Shown here in pieces: positions 9,916-21,700 of a stretch of 64,000 nucleotides of DNA. The position numbers were made by a program, and so were the translations under genes. Where the stretch lies: positions 36,643-100,642 of IMG/VR virus record IMGVR_UViG_3300037502_003888; one strand, 5' to 3'. Source of the stretch: a virus. Below the pieces are notes generated by a model. The model was not told the origin of the DNA. It ran no database searches and was given only the letters and a program-made list of their open reading frames with translations. Each line of letters starts with the position of its first letter. Positions within the stretch are counted from its first letter, which is position 1.

Positions 9916-11550
9916 ATGAGCCAATACACGTTTAGTTTGCCTTCAACAGGTGGCACTGGTGGGTTTGATGCCATAGACAATCCCGCACCCACTGCAGCCA
10001 CGGCCACTGAACTGGTATACACTGGCAATGATGAACTGGTGTGGGACAGGGTCAACAGCACTAGGTTGCGCCGCGGTCTCCCGGGACTGGCGGCCATTGG
10101 ATACCCCAGGCCTGCGGTCAATCCCACGGTGGCTCCCGCAGGAGTAGAAACTTTTACAATACAAGGTCCTCCGGGATTGACCGAGGCGCAGGCACGGCAG
10201 ATTTTTGAACAGCAAAACCAAGCCGGTAGCCTGGTGGGATTACGGCCTGGCAACAACGTCAATGCCTTTACACAGGCCGCGGGCGGTCTGCCTGGAGCCA
10301 TAGGACAAGTCTCGCAGGCATCAGCCGGGGTGGGCGGATACAGCTACGGAAGCCTCGGTGGTGTGTTGAACAGCAACGGCACATCCGCATCAGCCCTGGC
10401 ACAAACCATTTCCAGTGGCCTCACGCCCACTGGGGCATCGGTGTTGACCGGGGTAACTGGTATCATCAGCAGCACGCCGGTGACCAATGGTATCAACACT
10501 GCTGACTTTGCGCTGCAGGCTCCGGCCGTGGCCAGCATCAGTGGTTTATCTGAGGTAGACGTGAGATCCACCATGGCACAGGCCAGCAAATTAGCGGGGC
10601 AAGGTGCGGATGCTGTGAGCAACACCCTGGGCGTAGGCAAATACGGCATGGACGCCACACAGCTAGAAGCCGCGGGATTGGTCAAAGCTGGAACCGCTGC
10701 ATCTTTCCTAGCACAAGGAGCCAATAGCCTGACTTCGGTACTGAGCAGTCCTGCTGTGTGGACGGGCAAAAACGGTGTCAACAGTTTGACTAATTTCTTG
10801 TCATCGCCCAGCAAGCAAGATCTCAGTTTTGAAAGCCTCATGAGCGCAGGGCTAGAAGCCCTCAAGGGACTGGGAGCGCCCCTGGCAGCACTGTCTCCGG
10901 GCAGTTTGGCCGGAGTGGCCATCAACGCAGCCAAGAGTGTGACTGATACCCTGTCCTGGGCCACAGGCGCCGCGCTGCCAGCCGGGGTCAAAAGCGCCTT
11001 TGATACCGCAGCACGCGACGGCAGCTACGCAGCCAACTTTGCACAGACCAAACTCAATTACAGCATGCTGCAGGAAGCTCCGGCCCTGCCGGCCATACAG
11101 ACCTGCGATCGACAGACCGTGGATGCTGCATCAGAACGCGTGGTGGGCAACGAAAAAGTACCCGAGGTCAGCTACACCGAACCGGTGCCTGAACTGGGAG
11201 TCAGCGAGCTTACTCGTAGATTCGGCAACGGTGTGTCTTTCCTGGAACGTGTCACTGACGAAGCCCTGGCAGCAGCACGCTCAGCCAATCAAGCCATCGC
11301 TGCGGGCAATCCTGCTGGTGCATTTGAGTACATCAACCGATTGACCCTGCTGCAGGCAGATTTGTCAGCGGCCAGTGGCAAGTTCCTGGAACGCCAGCGC
11401 AACGCTGAGGCGCTGGATCCGCCGGCCACAGATCTCGCCAATCAATACACCAAACTGCGCGAAGAAGCCGAAAACTTTACCAAGACCATAGAAAATGTCA
11501 TAGCCCAGTTGCGCGAGCGAGCCACAGCAGCAGCGGCTGCGACACCATAA
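9916..11550 (+). CDS. Ala/Gly-rich virion/baseplate protein
   Basis: Coupled position between gp5-like and gp25-like genes; central VGKYG...QLEAAG...VWTGKNG segment. Confidence 0.55.
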   Translation: MSQYTFSLPSTGGTGGFDAIDNPAPTAATATELVYTGNDELVWDRVNSTRLRRGLPGLAAIGYPRPAVNPTVAPAGVETFTIQGPPGLTEAQARQIFEQQNQAGSLVGLRPGNNVNAFTQAAGGLPGAIGQVSQASAGVGGYSYGSLGGVLNSNGTSASALAQTISSGLTPTGASVLTGVTGIISSTPVTNGINTADFALQAPAVASISGLSEVDVRSTMAQASKLAGQGADAVSNTLGVGKYGMDATQLEAAGLVKAGTAASFLAQGANSLTSVLSSPAVWTGKNGVNSLTNFLSSPSKQDLSFESLMSAGLEALKGLGAPLAALSPGSLAGVAINAAKSVTDTLSWATGAALPAGVKSAFDTAARDGSYAANFAQTKLNYSMLQEAPALPAIQTCDRQTVDAASERVVGNEKVPEVSYTEPVPELGVSELTRRFGNGVSFLERVTDEALAAARSANQAIAAGNPAGAFEYINRLTLLQADLSAASGKFLERQRNAEALDPPATDLANQYTKLREEAENFTKTIENVIAQLRERATAAAAATP

Positions 11551-11557
11551 GTACAGC

Positions 11558-11932
11558 ATGACCACCTTTATCGGTTTCAACACCATCAATCAGTTCAAGA
11601 AATTCACGCTGACTGATTTTGAGCTCATCAAGCGTGATCTCATCAATGCCTTTAACATACGCCAGGGTGAACTGCCCGGCAGGCCCAGTTACGGCACTGT
11701 GATGTGGGACTTCCTGTTTGAAAATCAGCTCAGCCAACTGCAGACTGACATCGAGCGCGAGATACAGCGTGTGGTGGGCGGCGATCCACGAGTGCAGGTC
11801 GATCAGCTGGTGGTTTATCCACAAGAAAACGGCATCCTGGTACAGCTGGAAGTCAGCACGGTCAATGGCGTAAATGCTGAAATACTCAGTGTATTTTTTG
11901 ATCTGCAGACGCGCCAAGCCAGTTACATCTAA
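11558..11932 (+). CDS. Baseplate wedge protein, gp25-like
   Basis: IRQGE...PSYGT..WDFLFE...DPRV motif; 124 aa. Confidence 0.9.
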   Translation: MTTFIGFNTINQFKKFTLTDFELIKRDLINAFNIRQGELPGRPSYGTVMWDFLFENQLSQLQTDIEREIQRVVGGDPRVQVDQLVVYPQENGILVQLEVSTVNGVNAEILSVFFDLQTRQASYI

Positions 11933-11954
11933 ACTGCGCGGTTTTTAGCCAAAA

Positions 11955-11960
11955 TAAATA
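11955..11960 (+). promoter_or_regulatory. Late promoter TAAATA upstream of the gp6-like gene
   Basis: Intergenic TAAATA 23 nt before ATG 11984. Confidence 0.6.
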
Positions 11961-11983
11961 ATCCATACACAAGGCGATGACCC

Positions 11984-14900
11984 ATGGCAGAGACCACTAG
12001 ACAGACCGCGATATTTGGGGTAGAAGACTGGAAACAGATCTACCAGACCTATCGCGAAGCCGATTTCCAGAGCTATGATTTTGAAACTCTGCGCAAAAGT
12101 TTTGTTGATTATCTCCGCCTCTACTATCCCGAGACTTTCAATGACTACATCGAAAGTTCAGAATTCATTGCTCTCTTGGATGTCATAGCATTCATGGGCC
12201 AGAGCCTGGCCTTCAGGACTGATCTCAACACACGAGAAAACTACATCGACACCGCAGAACGTCGGGACAGCGTGGTGCGCTTGGCCAACCTAGTGAGTTA
12301 CACTGCCAAACGCAATACCTCAGCCGAAGGATTCCTCAAGGTATTCAATGTCAGCACCACAGAAAATGTAGTGGATTACAACGGGGTGAACCTCAGCAAT
12401 GTCACCGTGGATTGGAATGATCCCACGAACCCCGACTGGCAAGAGCAGTTCACTGCCATCATCAATGCAGCGATGGTCAACAGCCAGAAAGTGGGTCGCC
12501 CCGGCAATCGCCAGACCATACTGGGTGTGCGCACCGACGAATATGCCATTAACCTGGTACCAGGATTCCTGCCAGTGATACCCTACAGCTCTGTGGTGGA
12601 TGGTATCAACATGCCGTTTGAAGCCATGAGTTCCAGCACCGTGGGTGAGAACTATGTGTATGAAACCGCGCCCCGAGCAGGCAGCGCTTTCAACATGCTT
12701 TACCGTGATGATCAGTTGGGATTTGCCAGTGCTGACACCGGATACTTCTTTTTGTTCAAGCAAGGCACCCTGCAGAATCAAGATTTCAATCTAGCAGAGC
12801 GCATAGCCAATCGCACAGTTGACATCAACATCGAAGGTATCAACAATCAAGACCGTTGGTTGTTCCAACTGGACGACGTGGGCACAGTGAATCGCGAGTG
12901 GCAATTTGTAGAAAACATCTATGCCGCAGCAGCCGAACAGAACCAGCAGTTGCGTCCTATCTACAGCGTGACCAGCCGCAGCAATGATCAGATCACTTTG
13001 GTGTTTGGTGATGGTGTGTTCAGCGAGATCCCTGTGGGTACCTTCCGGGCCTATGTGCGAGCCAGCAATGGTCTGCAGTACATCATCAACCCCGAAGAGA
13101 TGCAGAACGTAGTGCTGCCCATCAGCTACATCAGCCGCAACGGCAATCTCGAGACCATCACGTTTACCTGTGGTATCACTCGCCCGGTCAGCAACAGCCA
13201 GTCCCGCGAAAGTCTCGATGCCATCAAGCAACGTGCTCCAGCCAGATACTACACACAAAATCGCATGGTCAATGGCGAGGACTACAATCTGTTTCCGTTC
13301 ACGGCCTACAACAGCATCATCAAGAGCAAGGCCCTGAATCGTGCCAGTATCGGGACCAGTCGATATCTAGATCTTGTAGACAACACCGGCAAGTACAGCA
13401 GCACCAATATCTTTGGCAGTGATGGTGGACTGTGGCGCAACGATATCACGCCCACTATACTGTTCAGTTGGACCAATCGCAACGAGATATCAGATCTCCT
13501 CAGCAACCAAGTGGTTCCGGGACTGGCCCAGGCCGTGGTGAATCAATTCTACTATGCCAATTTTCCACGCAAGCTGGTCAATCTCTTGGACTTCAGTTGT
13601 TCGGCCACATATTCTGGGGTCACCAGCGGCACAGTGGAAACCACCAGCACAGACTTCGCACGCTATGCACAAGTGGGAGACACAGTGGTATTCACCGGCA
13701 CTGTGGCCGGCGGACTCATAGCAGATCTCACCTACTTCATACGATCCATATCCACGGTCACTACACAGACACCGTCGGGACCCACATACACCACAAATTT
13801 TTCTGTGAGCACTGCAGTGAATGGTGACCCCATAGTTCTCACCAGTACCGTGGCCACTATGCCAGCCACGCTGACCCTCAGCACTGCCAACACCACATGG
13901 CAACAGAGCACCACGCTGGCCAACGAAACCACAGGTTACTTCGAAAACTCCGCAGGTGCGCCTATCAGCGTAGGTAGCACTGTGACCACAGTGTTTGAGT
14001 TCGTGGCTGTGGGTTCGTTGATACGTTTCATACCACCCACGGGTTACTTTTTTGATCGCAACAACAGACTGCAGGTAGGCACGCCCACGAGGCCCGACGA
14101 GCGCCTTGAGATCTGGGCTGCACCGCAGCGTGTGGTGGGCGATGGCAGCAACGATGGGCAAGGCAATCTCGATGATGGGTCGGGTCCAGTTACACTCAAC
14201 AACTTTGTGCCCACTGGAGCCATAGTAGACACCATCATACCTCTGTTCATCACAGATATTCCGCTGTCGGTGCAGTCACTGATGGCCGAACAGATTGAGT
14301 TGTTTCGCAACTTTGGCATAGGCTACGACAACGACGGCAGCATCACTGGCACACCTTACAGCTGGTATATCATCACCAGCACCAATCTAGCCCAAGATGC
14401 TCCCTGGAGCCAGGCCTTTGCTGGCAATACTTCAGGCACCAACAAAGATGCATCATGGATGGTACAGTTCATAGTCCAGAACCAAAACTACACTGTGAGC
14501 TTCCGTGGTCTGGCCTACTACTTCGGATCAGTGCTGCAGACGAGATTTTTCTACTATGATGGCGGACAGATCTACGACAGTCGCACTGGCACAGTGATCC
14601 GCGACTATATCAATGTGTTGGCCGTGAACACCCAGCCCGACAGCACTGAAAATTTGCGCAGCGATATCTTCATGACCATCACTGGACAACCGGTAGAGAG
14701 TGATGGCTATGTGGATGACTTCCAGGTGCTGGTGGGATTCCGCGACAGCGACAACGATGGTGTGCCGGACAATCCTGACTTTTTTGATGAGATCGTGGCG
14801 CCGGATGCCAATCCCACTGACAAGCTGGTGTTCTTCCAGCGCATCGTGGATTTTGACAATCTCCAGAGATATGTGTTGGTCGAACCCGACGTGGTCAACA

Positions 14901-15703
14901 CCGATTATGCCACACTGGACGATGTGGAGTTGGTGAAATCTGAATGGTCACCAGGACAAGTTTTCTATGTGTATGATGAGGGTCTGTTCTATAGACTGCA
15001 GCTCACAGTGACTGGCACCAGAGAATTGGTACCGCAGACTGATTACATAAGCCGCACTGGCCGACAGGCTCTGTATTTCCAATATCGGCACAACAGTCCG
15101 CTCACGAGCCGCATAGATCCTGGCACCACCAACATCATCGATCTCTACGTGGTCACACAAGAATACTACACCAGCTATCAGAATTGGTTGCGAGACACCA
15201 CTGGCACAGTGTTGGAACCAAACCAGCCCACTATCAATGATCTCAGCACTGCCTATCAGGGACTACAGGACTACAAGATGATTTCTGACAACATCGTTGT
15301 AAACTCCGTGACATTCAAACCTTTGTTTGGAGCCAAGGCCGAACCCACACTGAGAGCCACGATCAAAGTCATACGTGCCCAAAACAGCGTGGCCAGTGTC
15401 ACAGAGATCAAGAGTTCAGTGTTGGCAGAAATGAACAGTTATTTCAGCATAGACAAGTGGAACTTCGGTGATACGTTCTACTTCAGTGAACTCGCTGCAT
15501 ATCTGCACAGGACTCTAGGAACCATAATCAGTTCGGTGGTGCTGGTTCCCTTGGATCCAGCCAAGAGCTTTGGCGATCTATACGAGATACGCAGTCAGCC
15601 CAATGAGATATTTGCCAATGCTGCCACAGTGGACAACATTGACGTGATCGAAGCGCTGACCAGCACCAATCTGCGCACAGCACCTGGCAGCGGAGTAATC
15701 TAA
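11984..15703 (+). CDS. Baseplate wedge protein, gp6-like
   Basis: DFETLRKS...FNDYIESS, TAERRDSV..LA..VSY, FGDGVF, ES...IKQRAP..Y.TQNRMVNGEDY. Confidence 0.88.
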   Translation: MAETTRQTAIFGVEDWKQIYQTYREADFQSYDFETLRKSFVDYLRLYYPETFNDYIESSEFIALLDVIAFMGQSLAFRTDLNTRENYIDTAERRDSVVRLANLVSYTAKRNTSAEGFLKVFNVSTTENVVDYNGVNLSNVTVDWNDPTNPDWQEQFTAIINAAMVNSQKVGRPGNRQTILGVRTDEYAINLVPGFLPVIPYSSVVDGINMPFEAMSSSTVGENYVYETAPRAGSAFNMLYRDDQLGFASADTGYFFLFKQGTLQNQDFNLAERIANRTVDINIEGINNQDRWLFQLDDVGTVNREWQFVENIYAAAAEQNQQLRPIYSVTSRSNDQITLVFGDGVFSEIPVGTFRAYVRASNGLQYIINPEEMQNVVLPISYISRNGNLETITFTCGITRPVSNSQSRESLDAIKQRAPARYYTQNRMVNGEDYNLFPFTAYNSIIKSKALNRASIGTSRYLDLVDNTGKYSSTNIFGSDGGLWRNDITPTILFSWTNRNEISDLLSNQVVPGLAQAVVNQFYYANFPRKLVNLLDFSCSATYSGVTSGTVETTSTDFARYAQVGDTVVFTGTVAGGLIADLTYFIRSISTVTTQTPSGPTYTTNFSVSTAVNGDPIVLTSTVATMPATLTLSTANTTWQQSTTLANETTGYFENSAGAPISVGSTVTTVFEFVAVGSLIRFIPPTGYFFDRNNRLQVGTPTRPDERLEIWAAPQRVVGDGSNDGQGNLDDGSGPVTLNNFVPTGAIVDTIIPLFITDIPLSVQSLMAEQIELFRNFGIGYDNDGSITGTPYSWYIITSTNLAQDAPWSQAFAGNTSGTNKDASWMVQFIVQNQNYTVSFRGLAYYFGSVLQTRFFYYDGGQIYDSRTGTVIRDYINVLAVNTQPDSTENLRSDIFMTITGQPVESDGYVDDFQVLVGFRDSDNDGVPDNPDFFDEIVAPDANPTDKLVFFQRIVDFDNLQRYVLVEPDVVNTDYATLDDVELVKSEWSPGQVFYVYDEGLFYRLQLTVTGTRELVPQTDYISRTGRQALYFQYRHNSPLTSRIDPGTTNIIDLYVVTQEYYTSYQNWLRDTTGTVLEPNQPTINDLSTAYQGLQDYKMISDNIVVNSVTFKPLFGAKAEPTLRATIKVIRAQNSVASVTEIKSSVLAEMNSYFSIDKWNFGDTFYFSELAAYLHRTLGTIISSVVLVPLDPAKSFGDLYEIRSQPNEIFANAATVDNIDVIEALTSTNLRTAPGSGVI

Positions 15704-18700
15704 TGGCACGCGTGAGATCAGTAGACTTCCTACCACAGATTTTCCAGACCGACACCAATCGACAGTTCCTGGCGGCCACGCTAGACACGCTGACACAGGA
15801 ACCTCAGTTCAAGAAAACCCAAGGCTACATCGGCCGGCGTGTGGGCCCGGGAGTAGACCCCAACGACGTCTATGTGATCGAACCCGACAAGACGCGCACT
15901 GATTACCAGCTGGAAGCCGGCATCGTTAGCCTGGTGCCTGACACCAATGAGATCAAAGATCTCATGACCTATCCCGGCCTAGCCGACGCGATATCGTATC
16001 AAGGCGGCGATGGATCACGATCAGATCGTCTCTATGAAAGTGATTATTACTGCTGGGACCCGTTTGTTGATTTTGACACTCTAGTGAACTTCAATCAGTA
16101 TTACTGGGTGCCCAACGGTCCTGATGTAGTAGATGTATCGGCCACGCCTATCCCAGCCACTGAACAATTCACTGTGAATCGTGCCAACGGCGTCTATACT
16201 GTGCCCGGGCAGAGTGGACCGAATCCCACGATCACATTGGTACGTGGTGGCAGCTATACCTTCAGCGTGGCACAGAATCGTGTGGAGACCATCAACTTCC
16301 GGGTGCAAAATCAAGGCGTATCGGCGTACCTCATCGATCGCCAGCCCAATCCTGCACTGACTCTGATACGCGGCAATACCTATGTGTTCCAGCTGAATCT
16401 GCGCGATAACTTCCCGTTCTGGATCAAGACCTTGCCCACACTGGGCGAAGCCGATGCCTATGATCAAGGAGTGCTGCGCAACGGTGCTGTGACTGGCAGT
16501 ATCACTTTCACAGTGCCACAGGATGCACCAGATCAACTGTATTATACCAGCCAAAACAACATCAGTTTGCAGGGCACCATCAATGTGGTGAATGGTCAGA
16601 GCGGCACAGGATCGGGATTCTGGATCCAGACAGCCCCGGGAGTGTCGGGCACATTGCCGGCCTATCCCAACATCAGCAGTCGCGATGTGCTGGGAGTACA
16701 GAACAACGGCATAGATCTCGGCCAGGTAGTGTTCAATGTTCCGCGCGTGACCGCACAGCAGTTCTACTACAATCTACCCAACTTTACCGTGGGCGTGGAT
16801 CTCCTGACAGATCTAAAGTTTGACGAGATCAACAATCAACCCTTGTTGGAGTTCATAGCTCGTACCGGCGGCATCGATGGCATCACCAATCTCATTGGTA
16901 GGACCTTGGTGTTTTCGACTCCCATCATCAGTCCCGAAGCCGGAGGGTGGTTCCGTGAAACGCTGTATGATCCCTTGGATCCCACACAGGCCAACAACGA
17001 TCTAGCAGGCAGCTATGACAGTTTGCCCTATGATCTCACCACGGTGATCCCGGCAGAAGATCGTCGCCAGCTCTGGCAGATCAGTACCATAACCAGCAAC
17101 GGCATCGCATACATCCAGCTAGAGAAAATTTCCAACATACCTGATCTGCACAAGTTTCCCATACGATTTGGTACAGTGTACAGCAACACAGTGTGGTACA
17201 AAACGCAGACACAGGATCTCGAGCGTGTGCCTCTGCTGTCGGCTGCCAGTGATACCTTGTACTATCAGGATGGCACTGATCCAGAAATTTATGGTGTGAT
17301 CAAACTGGTGGATGGCAACATCAACCAGGTGCTGTTTATCGACCAGATCGAAGGACAATCACAGTATACCAGCCCCAACGGTGTGGTGTTCACCAACGGT
17401 CTCAAGGTCAAGTTTACCGGCGATGTGGTGCCAGCCAATTATGCCAGCGGCACGGTCACGGTGGTGTGTACCAGCACACAGGCCGACATCAACGCCATCA
17501 CTACCTACAGCACTGATATACTGTATCCCAATCAACAAATAGTGTTCACTAGTCCCACAGTGGGTGGTCTCCAGCCTGGCATCACCTACTATGTAGGCAC
17601 CATAATCAATGAACTCCAGTTCACTGTGACTTTGGTACCCAACGGTGCCGACGTCGTCCTGCAGGATGGCAGTATCGCGCAGATGATCGGCACTGCTATC
17701 AATGATCGCCAATACTATGTGTCAGGTGTGGGCAGCAGCATCCGTCTGTTGCCTGTGACTGATTTCGTGACACCTGAAGAATACGTAGAGACCGAAGATC
17801 CCGATGGCAGCACAGTGACCACACAGCCCAATCTGCCTGATTATATTACCATAGATCGGGCCAGCATAGATCTCAACGCCTGGAGCCGCAGCAATCGCTG
17901 GTTCCACAAAGATGTCTTGGTGGCCACTGCCACCTACAACGACACCGAGATCAGTCTGCCCAATGAATATCGTGGCCGTAGGCCGATCCTGCAGTTCCGT
18001 CCAGGCATACGCTTGTGGAACATGGGCACACGCGGCAAGCAGCCAGTGAACATCATAGATTTCCAAGAGACTGATGCCTTCAGTGACATCGAAGGCAGTT
18101 TGTCTTACAGCACCGATGGCTATGCGCTTGAAAACGGCAGCCGAGTGATATTTGCCGCAGACATAGACCCCGAAGTGCGCAACAAGATCTATCAGGTAGA
18201 ATTCATCACCCCCGACAGCATACCTGATCTCATCGCACAACCCATCATACATCTGCGTTTGGCCGATGATGGTCTAGTGCTGGCCGATGACAGCACTGTG
18301 TGTCTCAATGGCGACACTCTCAAAGGCGTGACATTCTGGTACGACGGTGATCGATGGATACGCAGCCAGCAAAAGACAAGCATACAACAAGCCCCGTTGT
18401 ACAATGTCTATGACCTGCAGGGTCGCAGTTTCGGTGACAGCACTGTGTATCCCAGCACCAACTTTGCCGGCAGCAAACTGTTTAGCTATGCGCTGACATC
18501 ATCGAGCCAAGTGGATCCGGTGCTGCAGTTGCCGTTGCAATATCGCAACATAGCCAACATCGGCGACATCGTGTTTGACAACAATCTCTACAGTGATTCA
18601 TTTATCTATACATTGAATCGCGTGAGCCAGACCGTGCCCATCAGCACCGGTACTGTGCGTGAATACAGCAGCCGCACCCAGTATCGTAGACAGCTGGGCT

Positions 18701-21700
18701 GGCAGACCGCAGCCACTACCAGCAAGGTTTACCAGCAGTTCCGGTTCACCTACAACGGACAGGATCTGGTGCTGGACGTCCGGGCACAGGACGTGGTCAC
18801 GGTACCCAGCATCAAGATCTACGTGGAAAACGTGTTTGTTGATCCCAGTCAGTACAACTACACACGCACCAACAACAGCACCACTATTACTTTTGCCGAC
18901 GGCGTGGCCACGGGCAGCTTGGTAGAAGTACTGGTGTTGAGCGCACAGACCAGCAACGTGGCTTTCCGACAAGTACCGTTGAATCTCGAAAACAATCCTT
19001 TCAACGCCAACAGCGACAGCTTTACCCTGGGCACAGTGCGCCAGCACTATGATAACCTCTGTGAGAATCTCACGAATCTCCAGGGCGAGATCAACGGAGC
19101 CAACAACACCCGTGACCTAGGCAACATCGTGCCATTTGGCTTGACCATCCTGCAGCAGAGTTCGCCCCTGACCCTGGCTGGCTACTTCCTCAGGGATCCG
19201 GGTTATGACTTTTTCCAGGCCCTGATTTACAACAGCCGAGAGTATACCAAGTACAAGAATCTAATTCTGGACAATGTCACGCAGCAAGAACTGCAGTTCC
19301 AGACTGCGGCAGAGATCCTAGACACAGCCATAGAGAATCTCACCCAGGGACGCGTCAGCAATCAGCCGTTCTACTGGAGTGACATGTTGCCGTCGGGCGC
19401 AGTGTACACCGAGACAGTGTACACAGTGACCAATATCACCACCAATACTTTTGACACCACCCAGGTCTATGATTACGACACTGCCAACTATCTGGGTCTC
19501 AATGTCTACTTCCAGGATACCATACTGATTCGTGGACTTGACTACACAGTCAGTACCGATGCTCCGCAGATCACTGTGTTGTTTCCCCTGGCCGTAGGCG
19601 ATCAGATCGTGCTGCGTGAATACGCCACTACCTATGGCAGCTTCTGTCCCAACACCCCTACCAAGCTGGGACTGTATCCAGCCTGGCGCCCTGACATCAT
19701 CACAGTGCAGGGCAGTTTTGGACCCACACAGGTCATACGCGGACACGACGGCAGCCAGACGCCGCTGTTCAATGACCTACGTGACGATGTGTTGCTGGAA
19801 TTTGAGCGCAGGATCTACAACAATCTCAAGCTAGACAACAATCCTGTGCCCTTGACCATAACAGATGTGTTGCCAGGACAGTTCCGTGAAACTGGTTACA
19901 GTTTCTCTGAGATCAACACTTTGCTGAATCAGGATTTCCTGAGCTATCTGGCCTGGAACAAGCTGGATTATCGCACGCAGGATTATCGTGCTGACAACGA
20001 ATTTACCTGGAATTACAGCACTGCCAAGAGCAAACTAGATAACCGCAATCTCCTGGGTGCCTGGCGTGGTATCAATCGTTACTACTACGACACTGAACAA
20101 CCCGAAAGCACGCCCTGGGAGATGCTGGGATTCACCGTGGAACCGGACTGGTGGCAAGACAACTACGGTGCGGCTCCCTACACACAGAACAACTTGGTGT
20201 TGTGGGATGATCTAGCAGCCGGCGTGGTGCGCGATCCTGCAGGCGTGTATATCCGTCCGCAATACGCAAGGCCCGGATTGCAACAAGTTATCCCCACAGG
20301 CGATCAAGGTCAGTTGTTGAGCCCATTTGATTCAGTGGTGGGCACCTATGACAGCACACAATTCCGGCGCAGCTGGAGCCTGGGCGACGGCAGTCCTGTG
20401 GAAAGCAGCTGGTATAACAGCAGCAGCTATCCTTTTGCAGTGATGCGTGTGTTGGCCCTAACGAGACCCGCTAAATTTTTCGCGCTGTTTGCAGACCGCG
20501 ATCTCTACAAGTATGACAATGAATTCGGTCAGTACCTGTTGAACCAGCGCTATCGCTTGGATGCCAATGGAGTGCAGGTCTATGGCGATGGTGTCAGCAA
20601 GGCCAGCTACATCAACTGGATCGTGGATTACAATCGCCAGACCGGCATCAACAGCACTGACATCTTGGAAACCGATCTAGCCAACCTAGACGTGCGCCTG
20701 TGCTACCGCATGGCCAGCTTCAGTGACAAAAAACTCATCCAGGTCTACACCGACCGGGCCACACCTGCTGGGACCAACAACACCCTGTTGCTGCCGGATC
20801 AGAGCTACAATCTCCTGTTGTACAAAAACCAACCATTTTCCCGTGCCAGCTACAGCAGCGTGATCATACAAAATGTGCCGGGTGGTTACGCTGTGTTTGG
20901 TTATAGCACCACACAGCCTTTCTTCAATGTGCAGACATCTGTCACCAATGGACAACTAGACACCATTGGTGTGGGTTCGGTCCGGGTCCGAGTGCCCACG
21001 CTGTACCTCAACAAAGTGACCCAGGTACCCTATGGTTTCATATTCCGGGATCGCACCAGCGTGGTGGATTTCTTGTTGAGCTATGGAGAATTCCTCACAC
21101 GCCAGGGCCTAACATTTGACAGCATCGAAAATGGTTATGTGCTGGACTGGCGCCAGATGGCCGTGGAGTTCTTGTACTGGAGCCAGCAGGGTTGGGCAGA
21201 AAACACAGTGATCTCTATCAATCCCTTGGCCCTGCGCATGAGTGTCACACGGCCTGGAGCTGTGGTAGACAGCATCAATGTGCAGACCATAGAAAGCCTC
21301 TTGTTGGATCAGAATCGGCGCCAGTTCCCCACGCGCAATCTCGACATCGTGCGGCTGGAAAATACCTTTACTGTACGCCCCTTGACCGATCAAGTATTGA
21401 GTTACATTGATCTCAAATACACCAGCTTTGAACATGTCATCGTGTTGAACAATGCCAGTGAATTTGGAGATCTCATCTATGATCCCATCACCGGTGCTCG
21501 CCAAAGCCGATTGAATCTAGTGGCTGTGACCACCTCAGGCTGGAACGGCAGCATAGATACCCCAGGTTTCATACTCAACACTCCCACAGTGCAAGACTGG
21601 GATCGCACCAGGATCTATGCCAAGGGCGAGATTGTTCGCTACAAAGGTGCTTTCTGGAGCGCAGCCACCATAGTGCAACCCAGCGAGAGATTCAACTACA

